Assembly (NCBI GenBank): GCA_965248835.1
Contig: CBDFLJ010000002.1
Span: 1,280,001-1,344,000 of the forward strand
Origin: Alphaproteobacteria bacterium
Lineage (GTDB): Bacteria; Pseudomonadota; Alphaproteobacteria; MPNO01
Length of the DNA: 64,000 bases
Direction of reading: 5' to 3'
Every line of letters begins with the position of its first letter. The first letter of the stretch is position 1. This document shows, piece after piece, positions 32,597 through 43,973 of the stretch. The notes under the pieces are model-generated. The model was not told the DNA's origin, made no database searches, and worked only from the letters and a program-made list of their open reading frames with translations. The position numbers and the translations under genes are program-made.

Positions 32597-33679
32597 TCAG
32601 GCCTTTGCCGCCTGCGCGGCCGGCCGGCCGAAGCGGATGCGGTAGCGGATCAGGACGTCACTCGCCAGCAGGAAGAACAGCAGCATGCCCTGGAAGACGC
32701 CGGTCACCGCGAGCGGCAGCTTGAGCTCGATCTGGGCAAGCTCGCCGCCGATATAGCTGAGCGCGATCAGCAGCGCCGCAAACAGAATGCCGATCGGGTG
32801 CAGGCGCCCGAGAAAGGCCACGATGATCGCGGTGAAGCCGTAGCCCGGCGACACGCTGGGCAAGAGTTGGCCGATCGGGCCGGCGACCTCGAAAACCCCG
32901 GCGAGCCCGGCGAGCCCGCCGCTCATAAGCAAAGTCGTCCAGATCAGCCGGCGCTGCGAGAACCCGGCATAGCTCGCCGCCGCAGGCGACTGGCCGACCA
33001 CCTTGATCTGGAAACCGATGAAGGAGCGGCTGATCACCACCCAGCCGCCAAGGACGACCAGGAGCGCGATCGGGGCGCCGATGTTGAGCCTGGTCTCGTC
33101 GAGGATGATCGGCAGCAGCGACACGTCTTCGAACATGCGCGATTCGGGAAAGTTGAGTCCTTCGGGGTCGCGCCAAGGCCCATGGACCAGGAAGCTCAGG
33201 AACAGCGTTGCCACGTAGGTGAGCATCAGACTGGTCAGGATCTCGTTGGCGTTGTAGCGCACTCTGAGCCAGGCGGGGATCGCACCCCAGGCAAGCCCGC
33301 CCAGTGTTCCGGCGAGAACCATCGCCGGCAGGATCAGCACGCTGTCGCTGCCGTGGAAAGCAAGCGCCACTCCGCCGCCGCAGATCGCACCCAGGGTGAA
33401 CTGGCCCTCCGCGCCGATGTTCCAGACATTTGCCCGGAACCCCATGGCGAGGCCGATCGCGATCAGGGCAAGGGGCGTTGCCTTGACCACGAGCTCGGTC
33501 AGGCCGTAGAGGCTCGCGACCGGCTTGATGAAGAAGGTATAGAGCGAACGGCCGGGATCGAAGCCCAGGGCCGCGAACAGGATCACGCCCGCAACCAGCG
33601 TGAACGCCACCGCGATCACCGGCGTTGCCAGCAGCATCGCCGCCGAAGCGCCGCCGCGCGGCTCCAGCCTAGGCAGCAC
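32597..33679 (-). CDS. Nucleoside ABC transporter permease
   Basis: WNIGAEGQ, NEILTSLML and GYGFTAIIVAFLGRLHP motifs. Confidence 0.9.
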   Translation of the reverse strand: MLPRLEPRGGASAAMLLATPVIAVAFTLVAGVILFAALGFDPGRSLYTFFIKPVASLYGLTELVVKATPLALIAIGLAMGFRANVWNIGAEGQFTLGAICGGGVALAFHGSDSVLILPAMVLAGTLGGLAWGAIPAWLRVRYNANEILTSLMLTYVATLFLSFLVHGPWRDPEGLNFPESRMFEDVSLLPIILDETRLNIGAPIALLVVLGGWVVISRSFIGFQIKVVGQSPAAASYAGFSQRRLIWTTLLMSGGLAGLAGVFEVAGPIGQLLPSVSPGYGFTAIIVAFLGRLHPIGILFAALLIALSYIGGELAQIELKLPLAVTGVFQGMLLFFLLASDVLIRYRIRFGRPAAQAAKA

Positions 33680-35213
33680 GGTTCTCGATGATCTTGCCGT
33701 CCTCGTCGAACATGCCGCCCATCAGCAGACCCGCCTGCTCGACCGTCGTATCTTTGGTCGGCCGGCTGGCGGACAGCCTTCCCTCGCAGATCACCGCCAG
33801 GCGGTCGCTGATGGCGAACAGCTCGTCCAGGTCCTGTGAGACAACCAGGACTGCCGCCCCGCCCTTGGCGAGGTCGATCAGCGCCTGGTGGATCGCCGCG
33901 GCCGCTCCGGCATCGATCCCCCAGGTCGGGTGGGCGGCGATCAGGATCTCCGGCTGCTGCAAGATCTCCCGACCGATGATGAATTTCTGCAGGTTGCCGC
34001 CGGACAGGCTGCGCGCCTCGGCCGCCGGACCGGTGGTCATGACATTGTAGCCCTCTACGACGCCGGTGGCGAAGCTGCGGATCTTCGCCAGCTTGAGCAG
34101 GGCGTTCTGCAGCAGGCCCGCGCGGTCATAGGCGCTGAGGAGGCCGTTCTCGGCCAGCGACATCTCCGGCACCGTGCCCTGGCCGAGCCTTTCCTCGGGC
34201 ACGAAGCACAGCCCCATCGCACGGCGCTCGCGCGGACCCATCCGGCCGACCGGCTTGCCGTCGAGGCGGACGTTGCAGGCGTCCGGTGCCAGGGTCTCGC
34301 CGGCCAGAGCGGCCAGAAGCTCCGGCTGGCCGTTGCCGGCAACGCCTGCGATACCCAGGATCTCGCCGGCCCGGACGACGAGGCTGACGTTGCGGATCGG
34401 CGTGCCGAAGGGGTGCACGGAGACGAGGCTCAGGGCTTCGACCGCAAGCCTTTCCGCGCCAGCCTCCGGCCTCGGCCGGTGGGTGGGGGTGGGCAGCTCG
34501 GTCCCGATCATCATCTGGGCGAGGCTGCGCGCGGTCTCGATGCGCGGATCGCAGGTCGCGACCACCTTGCCGCCGCGCAGCACCGTCGCCTTCTCGCACA
34601 GCGCGCGGATTTCCTCCAGCTTATGGGAGATGTAGAGCACCGTGCAGCCTTCGCCGGCGAGCCTGCGCAGGGTCTCGAACAGGCGGTCCGCCTCCTGCGG
34701 GGTCAGGACCGAGGTCGGCTCGTCCATGATCAGCAGCCGCGGGTTCTGCAAGAGGCAGCGGACGATCTCGACCCGCTGGCGCTCGCCGACAGAGAGTGTA
34801 TGGACGTGGCGGCCGGGATCCAGCGCCAAGCCGTAGCGCCCGGAGACCTCGCCGATCCGCGTGGTCAGGTCGCGCATCGGCACCCGTTCATCGATGCCCA
34901 GCGCGATGTTCTCCGCGACCGTGAGCGAATCGAACAGCGAGAAATGCTGGAAAACCATGCCGATGCCCAGGCGCCGTGCCTGGGCCGGCGAGGCGATGAC
35001 GACCCGTGTGCCGTCCCAGTCCATCGTCCCCGTATCCGCGCGCAGCACGCCGTAGACGATCTTTACCAATGTCGATTTGCCGGCGCCGTTCTCGCCGAAG
35101 AGCGCGTGGATCTCACCCGGCATCAGGGTGAGCGAGATGTCATCGTTCGCGACCGTGCCCGGGAACGTCTTGCCGATCCCGCTCAGCGCGAGCCGTGGTG
35201 TTGCCTCGGCCAT
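33669..35213 (-). CDS. Nucleoside/sugar (CUT2) ABC ATPase with two ABC domains
   Basis: GENGAGKSTL, MVFQHFSL, DEPTSVL, GVAGNGQ and LSGGNLQK motifs. Confidence 0.92.
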   Translation of the reverse strand: MAEATPRLALSGIGKTFPGTVANDDISLTLMPGEIHALFGENGAGKSTLVKIVYGVLRADTGTMDWDGTRVVIASPAQARRLGIGMVFQHFSLFDSLTVAENIALGIDERVPMRDLTTRIGEVSGRYGLALDPGRHVHTLSVGERQRVEIVRCLLQNPRLLIMDEPTSVLTPQEADRLFETLRRLAGEGCTVLYISHKLEEIRALCEKATVLRGGKVVATCDPRIETARSLAQMMIGTELPTPTHRPRPEAGAERLAVEALSLVSVHPFGTPIRNVSLVVRAGEILGIAGVAGNGQPELLAALAGETLAPDACNVRLDGKPVGRMGPRERRAMGLCFVPEERLGQGTVPEMSLAENGLLSAYDRAGLLQNALLKLAKIRSFATGVVEGYNVMTTGPAAEARSLSGGNLQKFIIGREILQQPEILIAAHPTWGIDAGAAAAIHQALIDLAKGGAAVLVVSQDLDELFAISDRLAVICEGRLSASRPTKDTTVEQAGLLMGGMFDEDGKIIENRAA

Positions 35214-35280
35214 GGGCGGGCCGTTCTCCCGTCAGATCCTCATCAGGCCCCGCGGGCTGCGGGCGGATTATCGCATAACC

Positions 35281-35814
35281 CTACACCGCTGCCCACGGCG
35301 GGCGAAGCTCCAGGATCCTGGCGTGCACCGGGCAGGTCCGGTCATGGGCGCCGGGCAAGTAGCCGGTGCTCATCAGAAACTCGCCGGTGATCTCCCCGCC
35401 AGTAAATTTGAAGGTCTTCTTGAAGAGCTTCACCCAGTCTTCCTTCGGCAGCGGATGCCGGGCGTCGAGCCAGCCGGCGAACGAGCCGTGCGCCTCGATC
35501 AGCGCGGCCAAGCGGCGCGCGTTCTCGATCACGGCATCGACCTTCAGCCGGTTGCGGATGATGCCGGCATCGGCCAGCAGCCGCGCCCGGTCCGCCTCGC
35601 CATAGGCGGCGACGGTGGCGACGTCAAAGCCCTCGAAGGCCCGGAAGAATGCGGCGCGCTTCTTGAGGATAGTGAGCCAGGAAAGCCCGGCCTGGTTGAT
35701 CTCCAGCGCGAAGCGCTCGAGCAGCACCGCATCGTCGCGGACGGGAAAGCCGTACTCGGTATCGTGGTAGGGTCCGTGAAACGGGTGGCCGGGGGCGATC
35801 TCGCAGTAGGACAT
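35281..35814 (-). CDS. tag: DNA-3-methyladenine glycosylase I
   Basis: YHDTEYG, LEINQAGLSW, IIRNRLK, FKFTG and H-x3-C zinc motif. Confidence 0.92.
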   Translation of the reverse strand: MSYCEIAPGHPFHGPYHDTEYGFPVRDDAVLLERFALEINQAGLSWLTILKKRAAFFRAFEGFDVATVAAYGEADRARLLADAGIIRNRLKVDAVIENARRLAALIEAHGSFAGWLDARHPLPKEDWVKLFKKTFKFTGGEITGEFLMSTGYLPGAHDRTCPVHARILELRPPWAAV

Positions 35815-35906
35815 CTCGCTCAGCTCGGCCGAAAGGCGATCAGATCGTCGGCGATAGCGGCCGGAGTCACGAACCCGGAGGCCCTGTCCTCATGGCACAA
35901 CAGCGC

Positions 35907-37583
35907 TTAGATCCTGACCACATGGATGTCGGTGATCGGGCGCTTGCCGATTGCCTTGTGGACGGTCCGCCGGATGGCCCGGCGGGCGGCGTCCGCGACC
36001 GCCTGGTCGTCGCGGCTCGCGGCGTCGCTGAGCGCGTCGACCGCATCGATCACCGCATCGACCGCGTCGTCTTCCAGCCCGTCGTCGTCATCGGCCTCGA
36101 CCACGCCGTGCAGCGTCAGCCTGGGATCGTCGGTCAGCTCGCCGCGGGCGTTGATGAGCACGGTTGCCACCGCGCTTCCCGAGAAGCCGATCTGGTTGCG
36201 CGCGCGCAGCACCCCTCCGTCCATCGGCACCAGGCGAGTACCGTCGAGTGCGAGCCGGCCCGGCTCGATGCCGTCCTCGAGCCTCGTCGGGCCGGGGCAA
36301 AGCCTCACCAGGGTGCCGTTCTCGGCAACGACGGCTTCTTGTATGCCGGCCTGAAGCGCGAGCGCGACATGCTCCACCAGATGGCGGGTCTCGCCGTGGA
36401 TCGGGATCAATGCCCTGGGCCTGAGCCAGCCGTAAAGCGCCGTCAGTTCGTCGCGGCCGGGGTGGCCGGAGACGTGGACAAAGCGCGGGCCGTCGACGAT
36501 GACCTCGATCCCTTTACGCGCGAGCTGGTTCTGCACCCGGCCGATAGCGATCTCGTTGCCGGGGATCATGCGCGAGGAAAAGATCACCGTATCGCCCCGC
36601 CCCAGCGAGACCGCGGGGTGGTCGTTACCGGCTACCCGGGTCAACGCGGCGCGCGGCTCGCCTTGGCTGCCGGTGATGATAATCACGACCCGCTCCGGCG
36701 GCAGGTAGCCGGCGTCGTGCTCGGTGAGCAGCCGGGGGATATCTTGCAGATAGCCGGTCTCGCGCGCGGCCTCGACCATGCGCCAGAGCGAGCGGCCGAC
36801 CAGACAGGTCTGGCGATCGTTTGCCGCCGCAGCCCGCGCGATCGTGGCGATGCGCGCGATGTTGCTGGAAAAGCACGCGACCGCGACCCGGCCGGTGCAG
36901 CCGCCGATGACCTCCGCCAGGCTCGGGCCGAGCGCGGCTTCCGAGCCGGCACGTCCGTCGAGGAAAGCGTTGGTCGAATCGCACATCAAAGCCGCGACCC
37001 CTTCATCGCCGAGCGCCCGAAGCGCCGCCTCGTCGGTCGAGGAGCCCACAACCGGGCCTGGGTCGAGCTTCCAGTCGGTGGCGTGGACCAGCAGCCCCGC
37101 CGCACTGCGTATCGCGAGAATATGGCCCTCTGGGATCGAGTGGGCGGCAGCCACGAATTCCACCGAGAACGGACCCACATCGAAGGGCGTGCCGGGCGCG
37201 ATGACGTGCAGCGGGACTTCGGCAATCAACCCGGCATCGGTGAGCTTGCGGCGCAGCACCGCGGCCGCGAACGGCGAGGCATAGACGGGACAGCGCAGTC
37301 GGGGCCACAGGATCGCCACCGCGCCCAGATGGTCCTCGTGAGCATGGGTCAGAACGATCCCCGCGAGCGCGTCGCGTCGCCGGACGATGAAATCGGGATC
37401 GGCGACCATCACATCGACACCCGGCGCCTCGCTATCGCAGAAGCCGATGCCGAGGTCGACCATCATCCATCTTCCGTCGCTGCCGTAGAGGTTGAGATTC
37501 ATTCCGATCTCGCCCGAGCCGCCGAGCGGCAGGAACAGGATCTCGCCGGCCTTCGGGCGGAAGGGATCCTCGCCCGCGCTCAT
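35907..37583 (-). CDS. rnj: Ribonuclease J
   Basis: PLGGSGEIGMN, THAHEDH, HSIPE, TGSQGE and HVSGH motifs. Confidence 0.95.
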   Translation of the reverse strand: MSAGEDPFRPKAGEILFLPLGGSGEIGMNLNLYGSDGRWMMVDLGIGFCDSEAPGVDVMVADPDFIVRRRDALAGIVLTHAHEDHLGAVAILWPRLRCPVYASPFAAAVLRRKLTDAGLIAEVPLHVIAPGTPFDVGPFSVEFVAAAHSIPEGHILAIRSAAGLLVHATDWKLDPGPVVGSSTDEAALRALGDEGVAALMCDSTNAFLDGRAGSEAALGPSLAEVIGGCTGRVAVACFSSNIARIATIARAAAANDRQTCLVGRSLWRMVEAARETGYLQDIPRLLTEHDAGYLPPERVVIIITGSQGEPRAALTRVAGNDHPAVSLGRGDTVIFSSRMIPGNEIAIGRVQNQLARKGIEVIVDGPRFVHVSGHPGRDELTALYGWLRPRALIPIHGETRHLVEHVALALQAGIQEAVVAENGTLVRLCPGPTRLEDGIEPGRLALDGTRLVPMDGGVLRARNQIGFSGSAVATVLINARGELTDDPRLTLHGVVEADDDDGLEDDAVDAVIDAVDALSDAASRDDQAVADAARRAIRRTVHKAIGKRPITDIHVVRI

Positions 37584-38353
37584 GGCTTTGTGTTCCGGCG
37601 ATGGATCGACGCGAGCCCGCGCAGGGTCATCTCCAGGTCCAAGGCATCGATTGCTTCGGTGCCCTCGGCGAACAGCGGCGCCAGCCCGCCGGTCGCGATC
37701 ACCTGCATCGGCTCCGCGAACTCCTCACGGATCCGCATGACCAAGCCTTCGATGAGTCCGATATAGCCCCAATAGACGCCCGAGAGCATCGCCGGCACGG
37801 TGCGCTTGCCGATGACCGTCTCGGGCCGGCGGACGGCCACGCGCGGAAGCTGGGCTGCGGCCATGTGGAGCGCATCGAGTGACAGGTTGATACCGGGAGC
37901 AATCGCCCCGCCGGCATAATTGCCCTCCCCATCGACGACGTCGAACGTGGTCGCGGTACCGAAGTCGATGACGATCAGCGGCCCGCCGAAGCGCTCGTGC
38001 GCGCCGACCGCGTTAACCAGCCGGTCGGCGCCGACCTCGGCCGGACTGTCGACCAGCGCGTCGATGCCAAGGTCGACCTCCGGCTCACCGATCACCAGCG
38101 GCTCGCAGCCGAAATAGATGCGGCACAGCATGCGCAGGCTGTAGAGGGCTTCCGGCACGACGGTCGCGATGATCGCCTCGTTGACGTCGGCGGCCCGGAA
38201 ATCGTGCAGCATCATGAGTTGGCTCAGCCACACGCCGTATTCGTCGGCGGTCCGCCGCGGGTCGTTGACACTGCGCCACACGCCGCGCTGTTCCTCGCCT
38301 TCGTAGAGAGCGAAGACGATGTTGGTGTTGCCTGAATCGATGGTCAGCAGCAT
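37580..38353 (-). CDS. coaX: Type III pantothenate kinase
   Basis: IDSGNTN, GADR, DFGTATT, IAPG and ATGG motifs. Confidence 0.95.
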   Translation of the reverse strand: MLLTIDSGNTNIVFALYEGEEQRGVWRSVNDPRRTADEYGVWLSQLMMLHDFRAADVNEAIIATVVPEALYSLRMLCRIYFGCEPLVIGEPEVDLGIDALVDSPAEVGADRLVNAVGAHERFGGPLIVIDFGTATTFDVVDGEGNYAGGAIAPGINLSLDALHMAAAQLPRVAVRRPETVIGKRTVPAMLSGVYWGYIGLIEGLVMRIREEFAEPMQVIATGGLAPLFAEGTEAIDALDLEMTLRGLASIHRRNTKP

Positions 38354-39045
38354 GCCGGCTCTCCGAACAAGACCTCGCCGCCGGTGATCACGTGCGCGGT
38401 GCCGGAGCCGTCAACCAGGATCAGGCCGCCGTCCGCGTCGAGTCCGGCGAACCGGCCGGTCCGCCCGCCGGCGCCGAGGGGTGCATCGAGCCCCGCCGCG
38501 CGGTCGAGCCAGGCGGTGCGCACCGGTGCGAACCCCTCTTCGATCCAACGGCGATACCAGAGATCGAAGGCCTGGCACAGCGCTTCGGCGGCGGCGATTC
38601 GATCCAGCCGGCCGCCGAGATCGCCAGCCGTCGCGGCGAGCTCGTCCGGGGCCGCGATCAGGTTGACGCCGATGCCGATCGCGGCCGCGCCATGATCGGC
38701 CTCGATCAGGATTCCGGCAATCTTCCGGCCCGCAGACAAGATGTCGTTGGGCCATTTGAACATGATATCGGCGAAGTCGGCCAGGACCTCGCCCAGCGCG
38801 ACCGCAGCGACGAACGAAAGTTGCCCCGCCGTACGGGCGGCCGGGGGCCGCGCCAGAATGGTGATGAAGAGGTTGCCGGGGAGCGATGCCCAGGCACGGC
38901 CGCGCCGGCCGCGTCCGGCGCTCTGGGTCTCGGCAAGGATCACCGTGCCATGCGCAGCGCCGGCCGCGGCGCGGCGCAGCGCGATCGTGTTGGTGCTGTC
39001 GACCTCGGCGTGCCGCTCGAGCGTATATCCGTGCGGCAGGTCCAC
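38344..39045 (-). CDS. birA: Biotin--protein ligase
   Basis: DSTN, QSAGRGRRGR, KWPND, KIAGILIE and GIGVN motifs; no N-terminal HTH. Confidence 0.93.
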   Translation of the reverse strand: MDLPHGYTLERHAEVDSTNTIALRRAAAGAAHGTVILAETQSAGRGRRGRAWASLPGNLFITILARPPAARTAGQLSFVAAVALGEVLADFADIMFKWPNDILSAGRKIAGILIEADHGAAAIGIGVNLIAAPDELAATAGDLGGRLDRIAAAEALCQAFDLWYRRWIEEGFAPVRTAWLDRAAGLDAPLGAGGRTGRFAGLDADGGLILVDGSGTAHVITGGEVLFGEPACC

Positions 39046-39052
39046 CGGTTGC

Positions 39053-40495
39053 TCAGGGCAGAAACAGCACCGAGGCGGCGGCCCCGGCACTGTCGAGGAT
39101 GGGCGTCTGGAAGGCGACGAACAGAACGACGAACAGACAGGTCACTGTAAGGATCGTGCCGAGGTCCCGACCGATCGGGCGGTCGAAGGCTTCCGCCGGC
39201 TCGTCGAAATACATGATCTTGACGATCCGCAGGTAGTAGAAGGCCGCGACCACACTGGTCAACACCCCGATCACCACGAGCAGGTAGAGCCCGGCATCGA
39301 TCGCGGCAAGGAAGACGTAGAGCTTGCCGAAGAAACCCGCCAGCGGCGGGATGCCGGCCATCGAGAACATGAAGACCGCCAGGGCCAACGCCAGCAGGGG
39401 CGAGGTCCGGGACAGCCCGGCCAGATCCTCGATGTCCTCGAGCATGCGGCCCTGGTGGCGCATCGCCAGCACGCAGCAGAACGTGCCGACGTTCATCGCC
39501 AGATAGATCGTCATGTAGATCGCAACGCCGCGCACGCCCTCCGGCGTGCCGGCCGCAAGCCCGACCAGCGCGAAACCGACGTGACCGATGGAGCTGTAGG
39601 CCAGGAGCCGCTTGATGTTGGTCTGCCAGATCGCCGCCAGCGAGCCCAGCAACATCGACAGGATCGAGATGCAGATCACGATCTGCTGCCATTGCTGGAA
39701 CAGATCTGCGAAGGGGCCGACCATGGTGCGTATGAACAGCGCCATGGCGGCGATCTTGGGCGCCACGGCGAAGAAGGCGGTGACCGGCGTCGGCGCGCCC
39801 TCGTAGACATCGGGTGTCCACATGTGGAACGGGACCGCGGAGACCTTGAAGGCAAGACCGGCAATGACGAAGACCAGGCCGACGACGATGCCAATGCCCT
39901 GTGTGGCCGCCTCGCGGTTGAACAGCCCGGCCAGCGTCTCGAAGCTGGTTGAGCCGGCAAAACCGTAGACCATCGAGCAGCCGTAGAGCAGCATGCCTGA
40001 GGACAGCGCCCCGAGGACGAAATATTTCAGCCCGGCCTCGGTGGAGCGCGCCGAATCGCGGCGGAAGGCAGCGATGACATAGAGCGACAGGGACTGAAGC
40101 TCCAGCCCGACATAAAGCGAGATCAGGTCGTTGGCCGAGACCATCATCGCCATGCCCAGGGTGGCGAACAGGATCAGCACCGGATATTCGGGCCTGGCGA
40201 TGTCCTCACGCCGGTTGTAGTCGAGCGACATGATCAGCGCGAGCGCCGAGCCGATGAAGACCAGCCACTTCATGAAGTGTCCGAAGGAGTCGACGATGAA
40301 CTGATCGCCGAACAGGGTGGTGCGGATCTCCGTCGTTGCGGTGACTGCGACGCCGGCCAGGAGGATGACCGCGACGGCCGACCATGTGATTGCCCGAAAG
40401 GACCTCGGGCCCGAATAGACGCCGGCCATCAGAAGCGCCATCGCGCCCACCACCAGGATCAGCTCGGGCAGGATCAGGCTCATATCGGGCAGCAC
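39053..40495 (-). CDS. nuoN: NADH-quinone oxidoreductase subunit N
   Basis: [27 protein letters not shown] and KRLLAYSSI motifs. Confidence 0.97.
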   Translation of the reverse strand: MLPDMSLILPELILVVGAMALLMAGVYSGPRSFRAITWSAVAVILLAGVAVTATTEIRTTLFGDQFIVDSFGHFMKWLVFIGSALALIMSLDYNRREDIARPEYPVLILFATLGMAMMVSANDLISLYVGLELQSLSLYVIAAFRRDSARSTEAGLKYFVLGALSSGMLLYGCSMVYGFAGSTSFETLAGLFNREAATQGIGIVVGLVFVIAGLAFKVSAVPFHMWTPDVYEGAPTPVTAFFAVAPKIAAMALFIRTMVGPFADLFQQWQQIVICISILSMLLGSLAAIWQTNIKRLLAYSSIGHVGFALVGLAAGTPEGVRGVAIYMTIYLAMNVGTFCCVLAMRHQGRMLEDIEDLAGLSRTSPLLALALAVFMFSMAGIPPLAGFFGKLYVFLAAIDAGLYLLVVIGVLTSVVAAFYYLRIVKIMYFDEPAEAFDRPIGRDLGTILTVTCLFVVLFVAFQTPILDSAGAAASVLFLP

Positions 40496-40511
40496 GTCTC
40501 CCTCCCCGCCC

Positions 40512-42026
40512 CTACCGGCCGGCTACCGCGGTATCGCTGATCGCGCGGAGCGCGACCTCGTGGTTGCGGACCAGTTGGCCTACCGATGCCTCCATCACAT
40601 CCAGGAACGGCTCCGGCCAAATGCCCATCCACAGCGTCGCCACGACCAGCGGCGCAAAGACCACGACCTCGCGCGGGCTGAGGTCGATCATCGACATCAG
40701 CTCCTGCTTGGTGAGCCTGCCGAAGATCACCCGGCGATAGAGGTAGAGCATGTAGGCGGCTCCGAGGATGATCCCGGTGGTCGCCAGCATCGCAACCCAG
40801 GTGTTGACCTGGAAGGCACCGACCAGGACCAGGAACTCGCCGATGAACCCGCTGGTCCCCGGCAGCCCGACCGAAGCCAGCACGAAGACCATGAAGACGA
40901 AGGCGTAGACCGGCATACGGTGGACCAGCCCGCCATAGCGCGCGATGTCGCGGGTGTGCAAGCGGTCGTAGACCACGCCGACGCACAGGAACAGGGCCGA
41001 AGAGATGATGCCGTGACTCAGCATCTGGACGATCGCGCCCTCGACGCCCTGGAAGGTGACGGTGAAGATGCCGATGGTGACAAACCCCATATGGGCGACC
41101 GAGGAATAGGCAATCAGCTTTTTCATGTCCTCCTGAGCCAGCGCCACCAGCGAGGTGTAGATGATTGCCACCACCGAAAGGGTGAAGACGAAGGGCGTGA
41201 AGAAATCGCTGGCGTAGGGCAGCATCGGCAGCGAGAAGCGCAGAAAGCCGTAGGCGCCCATCTTCAACAGCACCCCGGCCAGGATTACCGAGCCTGCGGT
41301 CGGCGCCTCGACATGGGCATCGGGCAGCCAGGTGTGCACCGGCCACATCGGGACCTTGACGGCGAAGCTGGCGAAGAAGGCGACCCATAGCCAGATTTGC
41401 AAGTCCGGATCGAACGTCTTGCCGAGCAGCGCGGTCACGTCGGTGGTCTGGGCATCGAAGTAGATCACCAGGATCGCGACCAGCATCAGCACAGAGCCGG
41501 TCAGCGTGAACAGAAAGAACTTGAACGCGGCGTAGACCCGGTTGCTGCCGCCCCACACCCCGATGATCAGGAACATCGGGATAAGGACGCCTTCGAAGAA
41601 GATGTAGAACAGGACGAAATCGAGCGCGCAGAACATCCCGACCATGAAGGTCTCGAGCAGCAGGAAGGCGATCATGTATTCCTTGACGCGGAGTTGAATC
41701 GCCTCCCAGCTCGCCAGGATGCATAGCGGCGTCAGGAAGGTGGACAGGATGACGAACAGCACCGAAATGCCGTCGACCCCCATGTGGTAGGAGATCCCCA
41801 TCGAGGGAATCCACGCGGCGCGCTCGACGAACTGGAAGCCGGGATTGGCGGTGTCGAAGTCGATCCACAGATAGAGCGACAGCACGAATGTGATCAGCGA
41901 GGTCCAAAGCGCCGTCATCCGTGCGTTACGCGCAACTGTCGGCGCATCGCCCCCGATCACCAGGATGAACAGCGCGCCGACCACCGGCAGGAACGTCACC
42001 AGGCTGAGGATGGGCCATTCGCTCAC
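40512..42026 (-). CDS. nuoM: NADH-quinone oxidoreductase subunit M
   Basis: [19 protein letters not shown] and [13 protein letters not shown] motifs. Confidence 0.97.
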   Translation of the reverse strand: MSEWPILSLVTFLPVVGALFILVIGGDAPTVARNARMTALWTSLITFVLSLYLWIDFDTANPGFQFVERAAWIPSMGISYHMGVDGISVLFVILSTFLTPLCILASWEAIQLRVKEYMIAFLLLETFMVGMFCALDFVLFYIFFEGVLIPMFLIIGVWGGSNRVYAAFKFFLFTLTGSVLMLVAILVIYFDAQTTDVTALLGKTFDPDLQIWLWVAFFASFAVKVPMWPVHTWLPDAHVEAPTAGSVILAGVLLKMGAYGFLRFSLPMLPYASDFFTPFVFTLSVVAIIYTSLVALAQEDMKKLIAYSSVAHMGFVTIGIFTVTFQGVEGAIVQMLSHGIISSALFLCVGVVYDRLHTRDIARYGGLVHRMPVYAFVFMVFVLASVGLPGTSGFIGEFLVLVGAFQVNTWVAMLATTGIILGAAYMLYLYRRVIFGRLTKQELMSMIDLSPREVVVFAPLVVATLWMGIWPEPFLDVMEASVGQLVRNHEVALRAISDTAVAGR

Positions 42027-42038
42027 GCGCAGACGCTC

Positions 42039-43970
42039 CTAGATCCGGGCATATAGGTGCCAGGAGACGAAGACCGCGACCCCGATCAGCATCGCGAACG
42101 CGTAGTGGTAGACGTAGCCGGACTGGAAGCTGCTGATACGGCGCGCCAGAACGCGCGCGGCCGACGAGATGCCGTCGGGTCCCAGCCCGTCGATCAGGCT
42201 GCCGTCGCCTTCCTTCCATAGCCCGTGGCCCAACCGGCGCGCCGGACGGACGAAAGCCCAGTCGTAGAGCTCGTCGAAATACCACTTGTTGAGCAGGAAC
42301 AGGTAGAGAAGGCGCAGCCGCGCGGCCAGCATCCCCGGCAGGCCCGGTATCGCCATGTAGAACACATAGGCGAGCGCGATACCGCCCAGCCCCATGACGA
42401 TGGGCAGCACCTTTACCCAACTCGGCACATGGTGGGCATCGGCAAGCGCATTGTGGTCCGGCAAGACCTTGATGGACTCGCCCCAGAAGGCCTCGAGCCC
42501 GGAGCCGACGAAATAATCGTAGCCGAGATAGCCCGAGAACACCGCGCCGAGCGCCAGAACGATCAGCGGGACGGTCATCGATCTGGGCGATTCGTGGACG
42601 TGGGCCAGGGTCTTCTCATCAGCTCGCGGCGTGCCGTGGAAGGTCATGATCAGCAGCCGCCAGGAGTAGAACGCGGTCATCGCCGCGGCCAGGATGCCGA
42701 GCCAGAATGCGTAGGTCCCCGCCCCGGTATGGGCCGCGAACGCCGACTCCAGCACGATGTCCTTGGAGTAGTAGCCGGCGAACAGCGGCACGCCGGCAAG
42801 CGCCAGGCTGCCGATCCACATCAGGGCGTAGGTCAGTGGGATCATCCTCCAGATGCCGCCCATGTTGCGCATGTCCTGCTCCGATGACATCGCGTGGATC
42901 ACCGAGCCCGCGCCCAGGAACAGCAGCGCCTTGAAAAAGGCGTGGGTCATCAGGTGGAAGATGCCCGCCGAATAGGCCGACACCCCGCAGGCGAAGAACA
43001 TGTAGCCGAGCTGGCTGCAGGTCGAATACGCGATCACCCGTTTGATGTCGTTCTGGCACAACCCGATTGTCGCGGCAAAGAACGCCGTCGAGCCGCCGAT
43101 GACGACGACGACGGTCAACGCCACCGGCGAATGCTCGAACAGCGGCGACATACGGGCGACCATGAAAACGCCGGCGGTGACCATGGTCGCGGCGTGGATC
43201 AGCGCGGAGACCGGGGTCGGGCCCTCCATCGCATCCGGCAACCAGGTATGCAGGCCGAGCTGCGCGGATTTTCCCATCGCGCCGATGAACAGCAGGATGC
43301 ACAGGACCGTCAGTGCGTGCGCCTCGTAGCCGAGGAAAGCGATCGATTCGTCCGCCTTTTCCGGCGCGGCCGCGAAGATGGTTTCGAACTCGATCGAGCC
43401 GAAGATCAGGAACACCCCCATGATCCCCAGCGCAAAGCCGAAATCGCCCACCCGGTTGACGATGAAGGCTTTGATCGCCGCGGCGTTGGCGGCCGGGCGG
43501 TCGTACCAGAAGCCGATCAGGAAATAGGAGCACAGCCCGACGCCTTCCCAGCCGAAGAACATCTGGAGCAGGTTGTCGGCGCTCACCAGCATGAGCATGA
43601 AGAAGGTGAACAGGCTCAGATAGGCCATGAACCGCGGGATCGAGGGGTCGTGGTGCATGTAGCCGATGGAATAGATGTGGACCATCGCCGAGACGACGGA
43701 GACCACGAAGACCATCACCGCGGTGAGCTGATCGAAACGCAAGGACCAGACGACATCGAACGCGCCGGAGTTCATCCAGGTGAACAGCTCGACCGTTCGC
43801 GGCGCGCCGCCGAGTGCGACCTCGATAAGGATCACCACCGAAATCGCGGCCGAGCCCAGCATCGCTCCGCAGCTCACGAGCTGGGAGCCGGTGTCCTTCA
43901 GGATGCGGCCGAACAACCCGGCCAGCACGGCGCCGATCAGCGGCAGGAAGACCGCAAGCGAATACAGCAC
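42039..43970 (-). CDS. nuoL: NADH-quinone oxidoreductase subunit L
   Basis: WEGVG, NRVGD and GKSAQLGLHTWLPDAMEGPTPVSALIHAATMV motifs. Confidence 0.97.
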   Translation of the reverse strand: MLYSLAVFLPLIGAVLAGLFGRILKDTGSQLVSCGAMLGSAAISVVILIEVALGGAPRTVELFTWMNSGAFDVVWSLRFDQLTAVMVFVVSVVSAMVHIYSIGYMHHDPSIPRFMAYLSLFTFFMLMLVSADNLLQMFFGWEGVGLCSYFLIGFWYDRPAANAAAIKAFIVNRVGDFGFALGIMGVFLIFGSIEFETIFAAAPEKADESIAFLGYEAHALTVLCILLFIGAMGKSAQLGLHTWLPDAMEGPTPVSALIHAATMVTAGVFMVARMSPLFEHSPVALTVVVVIGGSTAFFAATIGLCQNDIKRVIAYSTCSQLGYMFFACGVSAYSAGIFHLMTHAFFKALLFLGAGSVIHAMSSEQDMRNMGGIWRMIPLTYALMWIGSLALAGVPLFAGYYSKDIVLESAFAAHTGAGTYAFWLGILAAAMTAFYSWRLLIMTFHGTPRADEKTLAHVHESPRSMTVPLIVLALGAVFSGYLGYDYFVGSGLEAFWGESIKVLPDHNALADAHHVPSWVKVLPIVMGLGGIALAYVFYMAIPGLPGMLAARLRLLYLFLLNKWYFDELYDWAFVRPARRLGHGLWKEGDGSLIDGLGPDGISSAARVLARRISSFQSGYVYHYAFAMLIGVAVFVSWHLYARI

Positions 43971-43973
43971 GCC

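Noticed and set aside
38344-38353. birA ending in Cys-Cys-TGA as a possible second selenocysteine site
   Set aside because: Explained by overlap with the coaX start (ATGCTGCTGA); BirA is complete at that point.
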